Assembly (NCBI GenBank): GCA_012026655.1
Contig: JAAILG010002295.1
Coordinates: forward strand, 1 to 56,055
DNA length: 56,055 nt
Reading direction: 5' to 3'
DNA from: Hydrolagus affinis
Lineage: Eukaryota
Part shown: positions 38,266-51,400 of the stretch, piece by piece
Position numbering within the stretch: position 1 is the stretch's first letter
Layout: each line of letters begins with the position of its first letter
Notes under the pieces: model-generated
What the model was told of the DNA's origin: nothing
Databases searched by the model: none
The model's input: only the letters and a program-made list of their open reading frames with translations
Program-made: the position numbers and the translations under genes

Positions 38266-38490
38266 CAGAGATAGAAACAGAAGCTGCTGTGAAACAACAC
38301 TCTGGATCCCACCTTTTATCCTCTTCAGTTTCCCTAGAGGAAACAATAATTATTAAAACAAGTAGTTAGAAAAAATCTTTTGGCATGACCCAGGATGGTT
38401 CTGATTGGCCTAACCTGGAGGTCTCCGTGGATGGTTCATTTAGGTCATGTTTCTTGGGAGTTCTACAATTCAGTTATGTCCATATTGGGA
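38266..38490 (-). promoter_or_regulatory. MYH16: MYH16 copy B promoter and non-coding exon 1
   Basis: Donor CTG|GTAAGT at 38266/38265, TATA-like GATAAAAG at 38320-38313, CCAAT at 38408-38404, GTTTCTTGGGAGTT at 38449-38462, CArG-like CCATATTGGG at 38480-38489. Spacing matches the copy A promoter. Confidence 0.65.
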
Positions 38491-39167
38491 GCAGCTTGGT
38501 GTTGCAAAGCTCTCAGCTAACACTTAATATAACCCACCGTTATGATTTTTATTCTATTCATGTCACATTAACAAATTACACAAAACCTTGTAATGCATAC
38601 GTCAAAACCCTTGGACTTACTCCAATTGCCCCTGACTTCAGCCACCGAGAACATCCTTCCCCCCAACATATCAATCATCACCTTACAAACCTTTGGAAAT
38701 GTTCACCCGATTCATGCTTGTTTTGTGGGAAAAAATACTATTAATCATCCTTGCATTTTGGTATAGCAACTGTTCTCGAGAAGTCTTAAAGTGCTTCACA
38801 GAATATACTATGAAGTGAATTAACTATATTTTGCGGGTGAAAAAGAGGGGTCTGTTTTCTTTTGCCAATTTCCAAATATTTAGAAAGTGTTTTTTAAATT
38901 GAAATTAATTTTTGCTCTTTGCTATTTTGCCAATTTTTTAAAAAAAATGCAAATAATTTTTAACTAACAAGAATTAAAACAAGCAGACACAGTGAGTTTG
39001 GATTAAGTTCCCATTTGTTTAGATAGGCAATGCTCCGCACGCCACATTTTGATATGTAAGATGCCACACATGAATCTCATTCTAAGATATATCATCACAT
39101 CGCAGTAGTACAAGGACCGTGACTTGCCACCGATTAATATTTTATACACATGCGTTGAGTATGCATT

Positions 39168-39477
39168 GATTAATAATAATAATCTTTGTGTTTGATATAG
39201 TGGCTTTTCACATCTTTAGATGCCTCAAAGCGCCTCACAGAATATACTGGAAAGTGAATTGACTGTATATTTGTGGGTGAAACGTGGCAGCCAATTGCGC
39301 ATAGTAGTGTCCTCATAAACAGTCGTGGATTGAAACGACCAATTTTGTTTGAGGGTTTATTATCAGGCTTATGGAGTAAGGAAACTTGCCCAAGGTTTCA
39401 CCCTGATCTGCCAGGAATTGAACCCAGATTTCTAGCTTGCGAGGCGAGTGCTGTAAACACTGAGCTGCAGGACTCCT
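39168..39477 (-). mobile_element. Full-length, diverged tRNA-derived SINE
   Basis: Same core, tail and head, with more substitutions. Confidence 0.8.
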
Positions 39478-42400
39478 GATTGGACATTCAATTTACCGTT
39501 GTTTGTGAGGACATTGCTGGGGGCAAGTTGGCTGCCATGCTCACCTACACGGTCACTGTACTTTACAACATATCCTGGGAGATGTTTTGAGAACTTCTCC
39601 TAATGTAAAAGACGCTACATGAAATACAAAGATTATTAATGTGTTCCCAAGAGTTCCTTCTCCTTCAATTATGAACCAATGCAATCGAGAGCTTTAGGTA
39701 ATGTCCATGCATTGTAAAGAGAGTTAACAAGCCAAGGTTCAACATCCAGTGTTGTGTAAATGTCGATATTCTCTGTTGTGTGTGTACATTTTGCTATCCA
39801 ATGTTGTACGTTGTTATGTGTGTGTGTGTTTTGATTATCCATGTGAGGACATTCATGGAAAGATCATATTGTTGGGAGTACTTTTTTTTTTAAATAGTCA
39901 ATATTTGATACATTTACAAAATCAACAGCAAATATCAGATGCCAGTCTCAAAGGTGTTCTCAGATCCCAAACCTTTGCTCTTCCCAAGACACTGGAATGC
40001 ACACGAGCACCTGAGATTGCAGAATATTCTGGCTGTGGAAGTCAGGAAAGCAGCAGGGTTCATGTTTTACCTCCAGAGATTATTCAAGGTTAGAATGTCC
40101 AACCTCCTGACTGACATTCTTTGTGCAGCTAATGGTGCATGTTGAGAACATGTGCAATTCTGCTGAGCAGCACAATAATATTCCAGTTTGACGCAGTGGT
40201 TCAACTTTGCAGTGGCTGTGGCTCTGATTGGGTGTTTTCGTTTGCTGATCAGGATTAAGCCGAAATGTGAAGAGGGACAAATTAATAATAACTGGGATTC
40301 ATTCAAGGCTAATCGGAGATTTCCTTATTTTCCATCCAGATCTCAGTGGACCTTCACCTTCCTAACAATCTACAGTATGATTATCTTCTACAAAATGGAT
40401 TTAATTTTAGTTCTGAATCTGAGTTTGGAGACACAAATTAGGTCCTATCTGTCCATTTAGCTGGCGTTAAAGATCCCCCGGCAATGTTTATACTGGCGTA
40501 CTGGCCAATAATCCTTCAGATAAATTGGTCAGATGGCTGTTTGTAGGACTTCACTGTTTGTAGATTGTTTTCCATGTTTGCCTACAAATACACAGACATT
40601 ACACCTGATAGTGATTACTTGGCAAGCACTTTTGAGATGTTTCCAGATACAGTAATAGGTGCTAAATCAAACAAAATGATTTTTACTGCTGTACAAGTCT
40701 CAGTTTTATATCAGTATATCAGTATTAATATCAGGGGAAGCAAACAGTTTAGAAGCTATGAGAGAAAGCCGCTGGCGATGTTATGTAATTCTCTTACCTG
40801 TAGATTACGTGTCTGATCTCTACTGTAAAGTGCAGTGTGTGCAGCGTGTGGGGAATCGTGGGAGCAAACCTTCGTAGGACAGGCCAGGTCACAACAGGAA
40901 CCTCAAGCTAACCATTACTTGGACAGTTGATGGAAAATTGGTTAATTGTAGGTCTAAGAAAACTCAAACAATGGAAGAAAAGGACAGTAAATTCAGTCTG
41001 TGCAATGATCCTTATCAATTTGCCCTGAGGTGCCCCAGTGAGGGGGTGGGGGGGGAGAGGAAGCCACAGCTAATATTTTCACCACCTTCAGACAACAACA
41101 ACAACACAATTACATCAGAATAGCTGTGATGTTTGTGCTGTTTATATTACTCAGCTGCTCTAAACTGTCCTGGAGGAAGGATCAGTTTATTCTCCGAGGG
41201 ATTGAATAACACTAATGGACATGTGTTGCCCTGAACTCTGTAACCAAACATGGACATTGAAACCCAATCCAGACACCACTTTGTGTTATAACTAATTCTC
41301 AGTAGCTTTTACCGTGTATCCCTCTATTCAACAAGTACATCCTAGCTTGTTTGTTTGAAATAAAGACTTACTTAAGTGTATAAACACTCACTTTTTTTTT
41401 TAAGTATTGCCATGACTGTTCCAAGACTGCTTACTTTACTCCTAGGGCGTCATTGGAAGCAGAAACTGTTGATTTCTTTTCAAGAACAAATTACATAGAT
41501 TTCTGTTAGGAAATTATATATTGGGATACAGCCTATGGTTTGGGACATGACAAGGACACAGGAAGTCAGGCTGGTAGAAGGCGAACTGGATGGCTAGCAA
41601 TTCTTATGTTCTTTCTGAGTGTATCATTTTTTATTTTAATTACTGTACATGCTTCTGAGTACTGTATGACCTAAATCAGAAACCAGGTTGGGTGAGAAAT
41701 TTATGTAGGGCATCTTACCTGAATTATCAAACAGTTTAGCTCATCTTGCATTTCCCTCCTCATCCCCAGATTCAAATTAATTTTCCCGTTTGTCTCTTTG
41801 TTGTGTGTGAGGTAATGCTGCAGCAGATTAGCTGCTGTGTTTGTCTCTAACAAGAAATATCACTTAATTTGGGATCAATTATAATTTGTATGGATTCAAG
41901 ATTTTTTTTCTATATGACCGCTGTTATATAAATGCACCATCTAAATATTATTATTATCATCAGGTATGTTAGAAAATGAATGCATTGCTCTACTGAAATA
42001 TAGTGAGCACTTTAAACCTGCTCCTCTAACATATATAGTCAGCATAATAATTAATTTCACTAAGAAATAAATCAATTGGTAGATTTTACTCCATTAAAGT
42101 GGCATTTCAGGGAGTCCAGATTTTCCTTATTCTTAAGCACAAACTTTAATTTTGAAGTCGGTTTTCTGTAAGTTTCTTTTAAGAATTACAGGAAAAGGAG
42201 TTCAAGGTTAAAACGGACTTCAACAATTTACCAAAATTCTACGTACTCTGAAACACTATTTCAGTACAGCTCAAAGCAGAATTTTTACCTCTCAAGTATA
42301 TCCAGTCGTTTGTGAATAAGATTTTCTCCCCAGATCCTGCTGTCTGATCGACCATATTCATCGTCAGAATTCAAAGCAAAATCTTAACAGTAATTTTAAA

Positions 42401-42597
42401 GCACTGCTTAGTTAGCAATAATTTAAGTTCCCAAGCAAATAAGAATTGGTCTTTCACCTTAGTCCTTACTCGCTGTTATTTTGACATGCATGCAAACACA
42501 CTTATGTAGCAATCTTATATGACATACTTAACTGGCACATAGAAAGCAAAGTCTGTGAATTTGTCTGTAAATGGCAGAGTGTAATAATGGAAAGAAA

Positions 42598-43040
42598 ATA
42601 TTCTTTGCACAAGTGTTGACAGCTGGACCTATCCAATTAGGAGGAATTAAAAGTGTAAGCTGAGCTATAGGATTGCATCTTGCAGGTCACTGAGTACCGC
42701 TTAGTGTACAGTGTATTGGGCTGAAAAAGTGGAAAGGTATTCTTTGCACAAACAGTCTTCTCCCTCCAGCTTGGTAAGGTTCACTCACGATAGAAACAAT
42801 AGTGAGGAGAGGTAGGATTTGGGTGATGGGAGATTTTTGTTAAAATGTCAATAATGTTATTTGCTGTAATGTGTTGAAACATGTTCCGTTGCTGTCTTTC
42901 AACAGTTGGAATGTACAAGCAGCTGCAAGCCTCCCTGGCGGCCAGGGTAGCCTTTCTCTGAAGAACAGGCCGGTCCTATGTGCTATTTAGTCCGTGTCTT
43001 TAAGTGCCTTATTTTTAGAACCATTCTCCAGTTGGATTTG
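42598..43040. promoter_or_regulatory. Candidate muscle enhancer upstream of MYH16 copy B
   Basis: TGACAGCTG (MEIS-like plus E-box) at 42617-42625, CAGTTG at 42903-42908, GGAATG (TEAD/MCAT) at 42908-42913, CAGCTG at 42920-42925, consensus MEF2 TTATTTTTAG at 43009-43018. Confidence 0.4.
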
Positions 43041-43459
43041 AATCCCTTCAGTTCTAATTAATTATGATAATGTGTAAAAATAAGCTGCGATCTTTGTCCC
43101 CTGACAGGATACTTTCCCTCAAACTGACAACCACTCATTATGGAGCATTCGCCCTGAGGGGATCAGATATGTTAACTATATTTCAGATTACGCACAGACT
43201 ATAATCATCAATTGGATCCACTTAAAACCGAACAACTGAAGATTTCTCACCAGTCTCTGTCAGTGTCTGCGACCCTGATAGCAAACTGAAATGAATTTTT
43301 ACAAGGTACATTGATGCTATAAAACACCGTGAGGTAAAATGAAAAGACACAGGTCTAGACATGATTTGCCATGTAGTAAATGCTCCCATCTCAGGTGAGT
43401 CACCATGTAAGGTGCGTCCTATCAACAATAACAATCTGTGGTTGTGGCATCCCTTTCAT

Positions 43460-43559
43460 NNNNNNNNNNNNNNNNNNNNNNNNNNNNNNNNNNNNNNNNN
43501 NNNNNNNNNNNNNNNNNNNNNNNNNNNNNNNNNNNNNNNNNNNNNNNNNNNNNNNNNNN
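43460..43559. other. Assembly gap (100 N)
   Basis: Run of N. Confidence 0.98.
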
Positions 43560-44519
43560 AAGAATGAAGAATTTAAGTGTGTCCATCAAAGGTACAGTCA
43601 AAGACCCAGGGTTTTAGGAGAATTTTGTATGAGGAGAGTCAAAGGGCAAGGTGAAGGGAATTTACACTGAATTACACAGCTTGATACAGCACAGGTACAG
43701 GCCAGAACCGATCTAGTTTGAGAATTATATATGAAAAAAAATCATGCAATTGATATAGTGCTTTTCACATCAGACGAACAAAGAATGTGTTTCACATGAT
43801 TTCCTGTAATATCTAGTGACTGTGTATTTTGTAGGTGTACAACTATTATATATAGAATTACATAGAATTGTAGAATAAAACATAAAGTCCTTGTACTGAA
43901 TACGATATAGAAACCTTTTTGGGAAAACCATCACTGTGCTTAGGAGTACCCAAACCAACAACAACTTCGATTTATATACCGCCCTCCACACCGGACGGCA
44001 TCTCAGAGCGCTCAAACCAATCTGAGTGTTCCATGCATTTCACCTAAACAGAGAACTTTGCTTGCTATGCAATCTGAACCGAGAAATTATACAGCGAGAA
44101 TTAGAGAACATTTATAGAATTATTATGTACGGTTAGAGAGATAAATGAACTTTTTTTTTTACGATCAGGCCTACAAAACAGTACTATTTTACATTTACAC
44201 AGCACCTTTCATGTTGGGAGGATGTCAAAAGACGCTTAATAATATTGGCTTGGCATCCAAGCTGGAGGTGGGAACAAAGGGTAAAGGTGAGGAGAAGGGT
44301 GACCAAAACACAGAGTCAAAGTGGTAGGTAGGTCTAAAAACAACAACAAACAACAACAACAAAATTACATTTGTATAGAGCCTTTCAGACCTCAAACAGA
44401 GAGAGAGGGAGCAAGTTAGAGGGACTCCAGCAACTGAGTTCCAGAGAGTGTTGGTCTGAGCTATATATCTAGTGTTATTGAACAATTCTAAAAGTCTGTA
44501 GAATTACAGTGATTTGGGC

Positions 44520-44649
44520 TGAGCTGATTGGGTGGGTGCTGCTCTGGAACCCTCAGCCACAGTGACTGACAGACAGACAGACAGAAGCCCAGGATATTTA
44601 AACAGCTGGGGGGGAGGGGGGGAGTTACCTGCACAGGAGCAACCAACAG
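44520..44649 (+). promoter_or_regulatory. KPNA7: Putative KPNA7 promoter and non-coding first exon
   Basis: Reverse CCAAT (CTGATTGG) near 44524, ATATTTAAA near 44594, strong donor CAG|GTGAGT at 44649/44650. The acceptor at 45468 precedes the ATG. Confidence 0.5.
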
Positions 44650-45477
44650 GTGAGTGTGTTCTTACAGTTGGGTTTCCCCCCTCACCCACTACCTTTTCCA
44701 GATGAATTGTCTGTAGTGGTTTAACCCACTCTGAATGTGTTGTGCAAGATTTTTTTAAGAATAATTTTGTTTAAATTTCACTATATTTATGGTGTAGCCT
44801 AGGAGTTTCACTGTGATTATATGGGTAAGTTCTTGTATAATACAGCCAGGTTGGAGGGGATGACACAATATACCTTGACTCCTAGGGCTTTGGTTTGCAG
44901 AGTTCAGGCTGCGTCTGGACATTGAAATTGAGCTCCTTAAATATTAACAAAGATTTAGATTCCTTGGCCTGACTTGTGTATGTGTTTTTTTTACTTCCTC
45001 TCTAGTAACAAAAACAACTTGTATTTATAGTTTTCCTTCTTCCCCACCCACCCTCCCGCACACTCACACACCTTTGAGAATGTGGGCAGTTCTAATTTCT
45101 GTTAGTAATATTTGCTATGTCATTTTAAATGACTAAGACAGCTTATCTAGCTTGTACCTGGAATGCACACTTTGTCTGAAATAGTTCTACTAGTTTAACA
45201 CTCAAGCTGTGCTTTTGTGTTTATCTAGCTTTTAACGGCAAATAATCTTGCTTGTACCCTTAAACAATTAGTGTTTTTATTCCTACAAAATAGCCATTTT
45301 GCCATCTGAATTTTTCTTCTCTGTATTGTATTTGGGAGCTGTTAACGGATGTGTTTAATGGAGGGGGTAAATAACATGTTCCTTGCTGTTGTCAAAACTC
45401 CCAAACAAAACTAAACTGCATGTTAGTACAGTAGTATAATTCTTAGTTTTTTTTGTTTTGTTTTGCAGACTGCAAAG

Positions 45478-48400
45478 ATGTCAATCCGTGAAGCTGAGAA
45501 TGCAAGGATGAAAACATTCAAGAATAAGGGGAGAGATTTTACGGTAATGCTCCCTATTTCCTTGTTATGTTGGACACCTTGATATCAAAGTGATCTATAA
45601 TGAATGGAGATTGCTGATTTGGTGGGTGGGAGGTTTCAAATCTGTGTTGTGCCAATTTGAGTTGCTACAAGCTCCAAAGTAAGGTTTCAGCAAAAAGAAA
45701 CCCGCAATAAATTTCCTATTGCAAAAGCCCTCTACCCAGGCCAGCTAATGAGCCTATCAGTTTCTCAATCATTTTGTTGTTGGGATAAATTGAATGCAGC
45801 TGCGATTGACTCAATGCCCCTTGTATTAAGGGACATTTGAATTAAAGGGAGAGCTACAGAATCCAAACTAGTCTGTACCCTTAATTCAATTATCTGACTA
45901 CAGTACTTTGCGTCTGGGAACAGTGTAGAGTTGGGTGATTCGATTGAAGATGATATAGAAGATGAGTACCTCTGGAGTACCCAGCTCCAAGACTCCCTTC
46001 GCATTTTAAGTGCAGGAATGATGGAGTTGCTGGGAATCCAGATTCCTGTCACATGTGGACGGTGGTGTCTGTTCTCTGGACCAATTGAACAATCTTGGCA
46101 GAGGGTCTCTGAGTTTCCACTGAACTGAAACTTGACTGGATTCTAAATTGTTTTTTTAAATATATGTATATATATATATGGTGTATTGACTCGAAAAAAA
46201 AGTTTTAAAATTGCACCTTTAGAATTGCAATAAAGCGCTTTCCATCTCTCCCAAACCAGCTTTTTTTAAAAAAAAATCACTGAATTCAGCAGATGGGTTA
46301 ATCTAAATATTCTGTCTATTCAGTAGCTTGGAAGGATGAAAAGTTTTATTCCCTGTACAGTCATATTTGTTCGGAAAAGAATCCATCCCACTGTTTTATT
46401 TTGCTAGAAAAGAGAAAGGTCATTTTTTAATCCACAACTGTTTGTGGGACACAGCGCTGTACGCAATTAGCTGCCGCGTTTCGCCCACAAATATACAATC
46501 AGTTCACTTTACAGTATATTCTGTGAAACGCTTTGAGACACAGTCTAGAAGACATGAAAAGCGCTATATCAAATGCAAGGATTATTATTATTAAACTAGG
46601 AGCTGAGGAGGCGGAGAATCGAGGTCAATGTTGAGCTACGAAAAGCCAAGAAGGATGAGCAGATTCTGAAGAGGAGAAATGTGGGCACTTTGCCAGAGGA
46701 TGACAAGACACCAGAAATTATTGTAAGAAAATTTGTATCTATAAAACAGAATGCAATCAAATTCCAGGCCAAAGAGCAATATAACTGTACAAATCCTTTG
46801 AGTGTTTTATTTTGGAAAGTGTGTGTGGGACTTGCAGTACATAGTAAAGTTGTGTAACTGCTCTGGTCCTCGGCCAATGTGAGTGATGGTTGTCCTGATA
46901 GTATGTTTAGCAATTCTTTGTAGAATTTCCTGTTGAATAGGTGTGTCCTAAACATAGGTTGCAACCGACATGACGCTGCAAATTTGTCCATCAATCAATC
47001 TAGAGAAAGATTAAGTGTTGAGTAATTTTCCCACCAGTTGGTGGTGCTGGTCACTACCTTCTGCATGCTTTTCACTGCCACACAAATCATGTCTTTTAAA
47101 CTGCTCTAACATAGTTCCATTTTCAAAGACTCAACTTTTTTTTCTCCCCTACAAAAGAGTGGGTTAAAAAAGAATGCGCGTGTTTGTCATGTTTCACATC
47201 ATGTAAAACGTACCCATTCGTTGGAAGCCATTCTGCGTGTCGTATCTGCTGACTGAAAACCATTTGCTTTCAATCATTTTTTTCATACCTAATAGCGCGA
47301 AAAATGCTACTAGAATGTTTGTAAGCCGAATTCTAACCCCTTGTTCCTAATGTGTAGGTCCGTGAGATGACTGTCACAGAGATTGTGGCTGGGATGAACA
47401 GCCCTGAACAACAGTTGCAACTGCAAGCGACACAGGGTGCAAGGTACTATACCATACCTTATCCAGTGTGTCCGGCTTGCAGATTCCCCTTCCATGATTT
47501 TTCCTCAGATATTTTTCGATATCTTTTATTCAAATACAGATGTGCAAATTTATATCCAGGACAATGCACTTCAGACAGTACTTCAGTAGTAAGTGATCAT
47601 AATAATAATCCTTGCATTTGATGTAGCACTTTTCACATCTTCTGGACGTCTCAAAGCGCTTCACAGAATATGTTATAAGTTGAATCGACTGTATATTTGT
47701 GGATGAAATCTTCAATGCAGTAAGCATGCCTAACTGCTCAATAGACTTGATTTCTGCTTAAGGATGAGTTAAAATTGTAGCTTCATCAGAATCCTAGGAT
47801 ATCTGATCTCTTCTGGGAACCACACAACCAAATATTTTCATTTCCTTTGGTTGGACTGCAAATAGGCTAACGGGAGAGGGACTAAAAGGGTAGTGCACTT
47901 TCACTGTCACTAAACTTTTTTGTGGGGGGGAACCCTTGTAAATATGAAAGGTTCCATGATATACTTTATAAAGATAAGAGAGTTTCACTCAGTTTCCTGG
48001 CTAAAGATTGTCTAGATAAATGGATCATTCACCTAATGGTTCCTGTTTACCTATTAATACTCACAACGCCTCACAATCATTTGTGAAACAATTTGATGAA
48101 GTAGGTTCTATTATCAAATATAAAGATTATATCTCCAATTGCAGCAAAGTTTAATGTTTATTTTTCTCGGTAGAAAACTTCTGTCCCGAGCCTGGAAACC
48201 TCCTCTGAATGAGATCATTAAAGCAGGACTAATCAAGAAGTTTGTTGAATTCCTTGGTCGAGATGATATCCCTGTTCTGCAGTTTGAGTCTGCCTGGGCA
48301 CTGACTAATATCGCATCAGGCACGTCAGAGCAGACCAAGTCAGTCGTGGATGGAGGTGCTATCCCAGCCTTAGTGTCTCTGCTTTCATCTCCACATATGC

Positions 48401-51400
48401 ACATCAGTGAGCAGGCTGTGTGGGCCTTGGGCAACATTGCAGGTAGATTACTGGATTCCTAACGAGATGCATTGTGATCAAGATTTGCTCTCACACTTTA
48501 ACTCAGATGAAAAGTGGGTAATGGTTATCGAAACCAAAAGGAAAATAATATTTCTTTTTTTTTCCCCTCTAGGCGATGGTCCCCTCTTTCGTGATGCATT
48601 GATAAATTGCAATGTTATCCAGCCTCTGCTTGCATTGGTACAGCCTAGTACCCCAGTAAGTGGATGTGGTTGCCAGGCTCGGACCCGGTCATGAATCTAA
48701 TTCAGAGTGCTCTCGTTTTGAATGTTAGAAAAAGTGACAAAACTTAATGACCAGAATGAGAAAACTGAACAAGATGAAGAATCATCAATGTAGAATGCCC
48801 TATATTCCTAGTACAGAATGCAACTTTAAACATGAAACCTGAGTTTACCTGATGTGACTCACATTAATTTGAAAATCTCATGGAACCCCTCTGAATGCAG
48901 AAATAATTGTTTTTTTGGGGGGTGGGTCTATATTGCCACTTATCACAAACCAATTCCATGTTCATTGTATTTGTGCTGTAATGTTGGTGCAGGTTTGGCA
49001 ACATAATTGAAGATATCCTCAAGCTTGGCCTGGCACTAGTTCAGTGTAAGGTTTGTGGATGATGCCTGCTGCCTATGGCTTCCATATGGAAAATCCTCAC
49101 TTGGGTAACGTACTCAAAGGATGCTTATGTCTGCACCTCTTAGCATCTTAGCTCAGCACCTGCGGGTTGGGAGGGCTTAAACTAAACAGTAACTACTCTA
49201 CCTGAACTGAACAGGTGACGCTTGGTTTCTTGAATTGCAGGTTGGTATATTGAGCAATATTACGTGGACTCTGTCAAACTTGTGTCGCAACAAGAATCCT
49301 CACCCTTCACTCAAGGCAGTTCAGCAGATGCTCCCTACACTTGTTCAGCTGCTTTACAATGATGATCCAGATATCCTCTCTGACGCTTGCTGGGCGCTAT
49401 CCTACTTGACCGATGGCCCCAATGAACGGATTGAGGTTGTAGTGAACACTGGTATTTTGCCCAGACTGGTGCATTTAATGGCTACCTCTCAGCTGAATGT
49501 ATTGGTAAGATTGATGCTGTAATTCATATGTTTGAGCTTGCTGCACAAGGAGCAGGAAGGATGGGATGATGAAGTAAAGGGAGTCACTGGAAAGTGCTCC
49601 CTCAGTTGGGAGGGGTGTGGGGCGGGTAGTAAAGAGAAAGGTGGATTTTAAAGTAATAAATCCTTGCATTTCATGTAGCAACTTGGGAGGATGCCTCAAA
49701 GTGCTTTGCCAGATTATACTGTGATCACGTATTTTGTGCCCAGCAACATTCTACAAACAACATGGAGTCAAATAAAATGGGGGACCATGAGAATAATTAG
49801 AAAATGTGATCAAGACCATATTAATTTTGTACGCTGAAGTTTTCCAGTCCTGTACATAATTCTAAACCTTCAGTTTAGAGAATCCTCATTAGCAGGCGTT
49901 TCTATCTGCTAACAGAAAAAAGTCCTGACTGACACATGTCTTCATTTTAGACTCCTGCCCTCCGTGCTGTGGGAAACATTGTGACTGGAACTGACAATCA
50001 AACAGAGGCTGCCCTTAAGGCTGGTGTTCTGTCTGTACTGCCCAAGGTATTGAAGCATTCCAAGTCCAGTATACAGAAGGAAGCTGCTTGGACCATCTCT
50101 AATATTGCGGCTGGGCCGACTAACCAGATTCAACAATTGATTACTTGTGGAGTGATGCCTCATCTTGTTGATCTAATGGAGCAAGTATGTACAGTGCTGC
50201 ACAATCCAACTGGATGCTCTGCATTGTTATACCTTTTCTCTCTCTCCCACTTCCTCTTCCCTCGTGTAAAGAATGTTTTAACAAGTTCGTGGTTGCCTTT
50301 TATACAACTACCTTCTTTCTTTCACTCCCCCTCCCCTACGCAATCGTCCTGACTCATAAAGGAAGCAATTCCTTCCTGAAATTGTGAATCACTTATTTTC
50401 AAATCATTAATTGAGACCTTTTTCTTCAATTACCTTATTCCTCCTCTTTCCCCACCCCCTCCCCCATGCCACCACCAAATTCATTATCTAGAATCTGGAT
50501 GAATGTACATGTATTTGCATTTATCTCTCTGTCCAATTGTGAATCCACATCTCAGCAAAGTTGAATGTAACTTCCTCCCAGTCCTACAGGGAGAATAGTC
50601 TGGTTTTGCATAACAGGATGCTTGGATAGCTCCAGGAAGTATTCCCTGATTCTACTGTGAGTAACCAGGAAACACCAGTGTTTAACATAGACCTGCTTGA
50701 GCAGTGAAGAGGGATTTTTTTTGCATAAGCCACAAAGGGTGACCCAGATGGCCAGGAAAAGACTAATGACTCAGAATTAAAATAAACTTGGGTTACAGCT
50801 TTTTGTGGGACAAAATGTTTAATGGCAAATTATCTATCAGTTGGTTTTTAGTCTTGACAGTGCTTGTGCAGCAGTGGAATCTGCCTCTGTAACTACACCA
50901 GCAAATTGCATGCAGTAGCAGGGGAAGACGGTTGAATTGGTCAGAGTGCAGTCTTTGTGCCAAAACCTAATTTTACCAAAGTTACTTCAGTTCTGACAAA
51001 GAGTCGTGGACCCGAAACGTTGACTCACTTTCCTTTCTCCATAGATGATTCCTGACCTGCTGAAAGTTCCCAGCGACTTGTTTTTGTTTTCAGACTTCCA
51101 GTATCTGCAGTATACTGTGTTTTGTAACTCATTTTACCTTTTGGACCTCGTGTTAAAAACAAATTTTCTTTGCCTTGCAGGGTGACTTTAAAGCAAAGAA
51201 AGAAGCTATTTGGGCTGTGACTAACTACTCGAGCGGTGGCACAGTGGACCAGATAGTCCATTTGGTACGCTGTGGGGTGCTGAAGCCCCTACTTGACTTG
51301 CTCTCTATCAAAGATGCTAAGATTATTCTGGTGGTCTTGGATGCCTTTTCCAACATCTTCCTGGTGAGTTGACAGAGGTTTAGGGTTGAACCAGTCAGAT

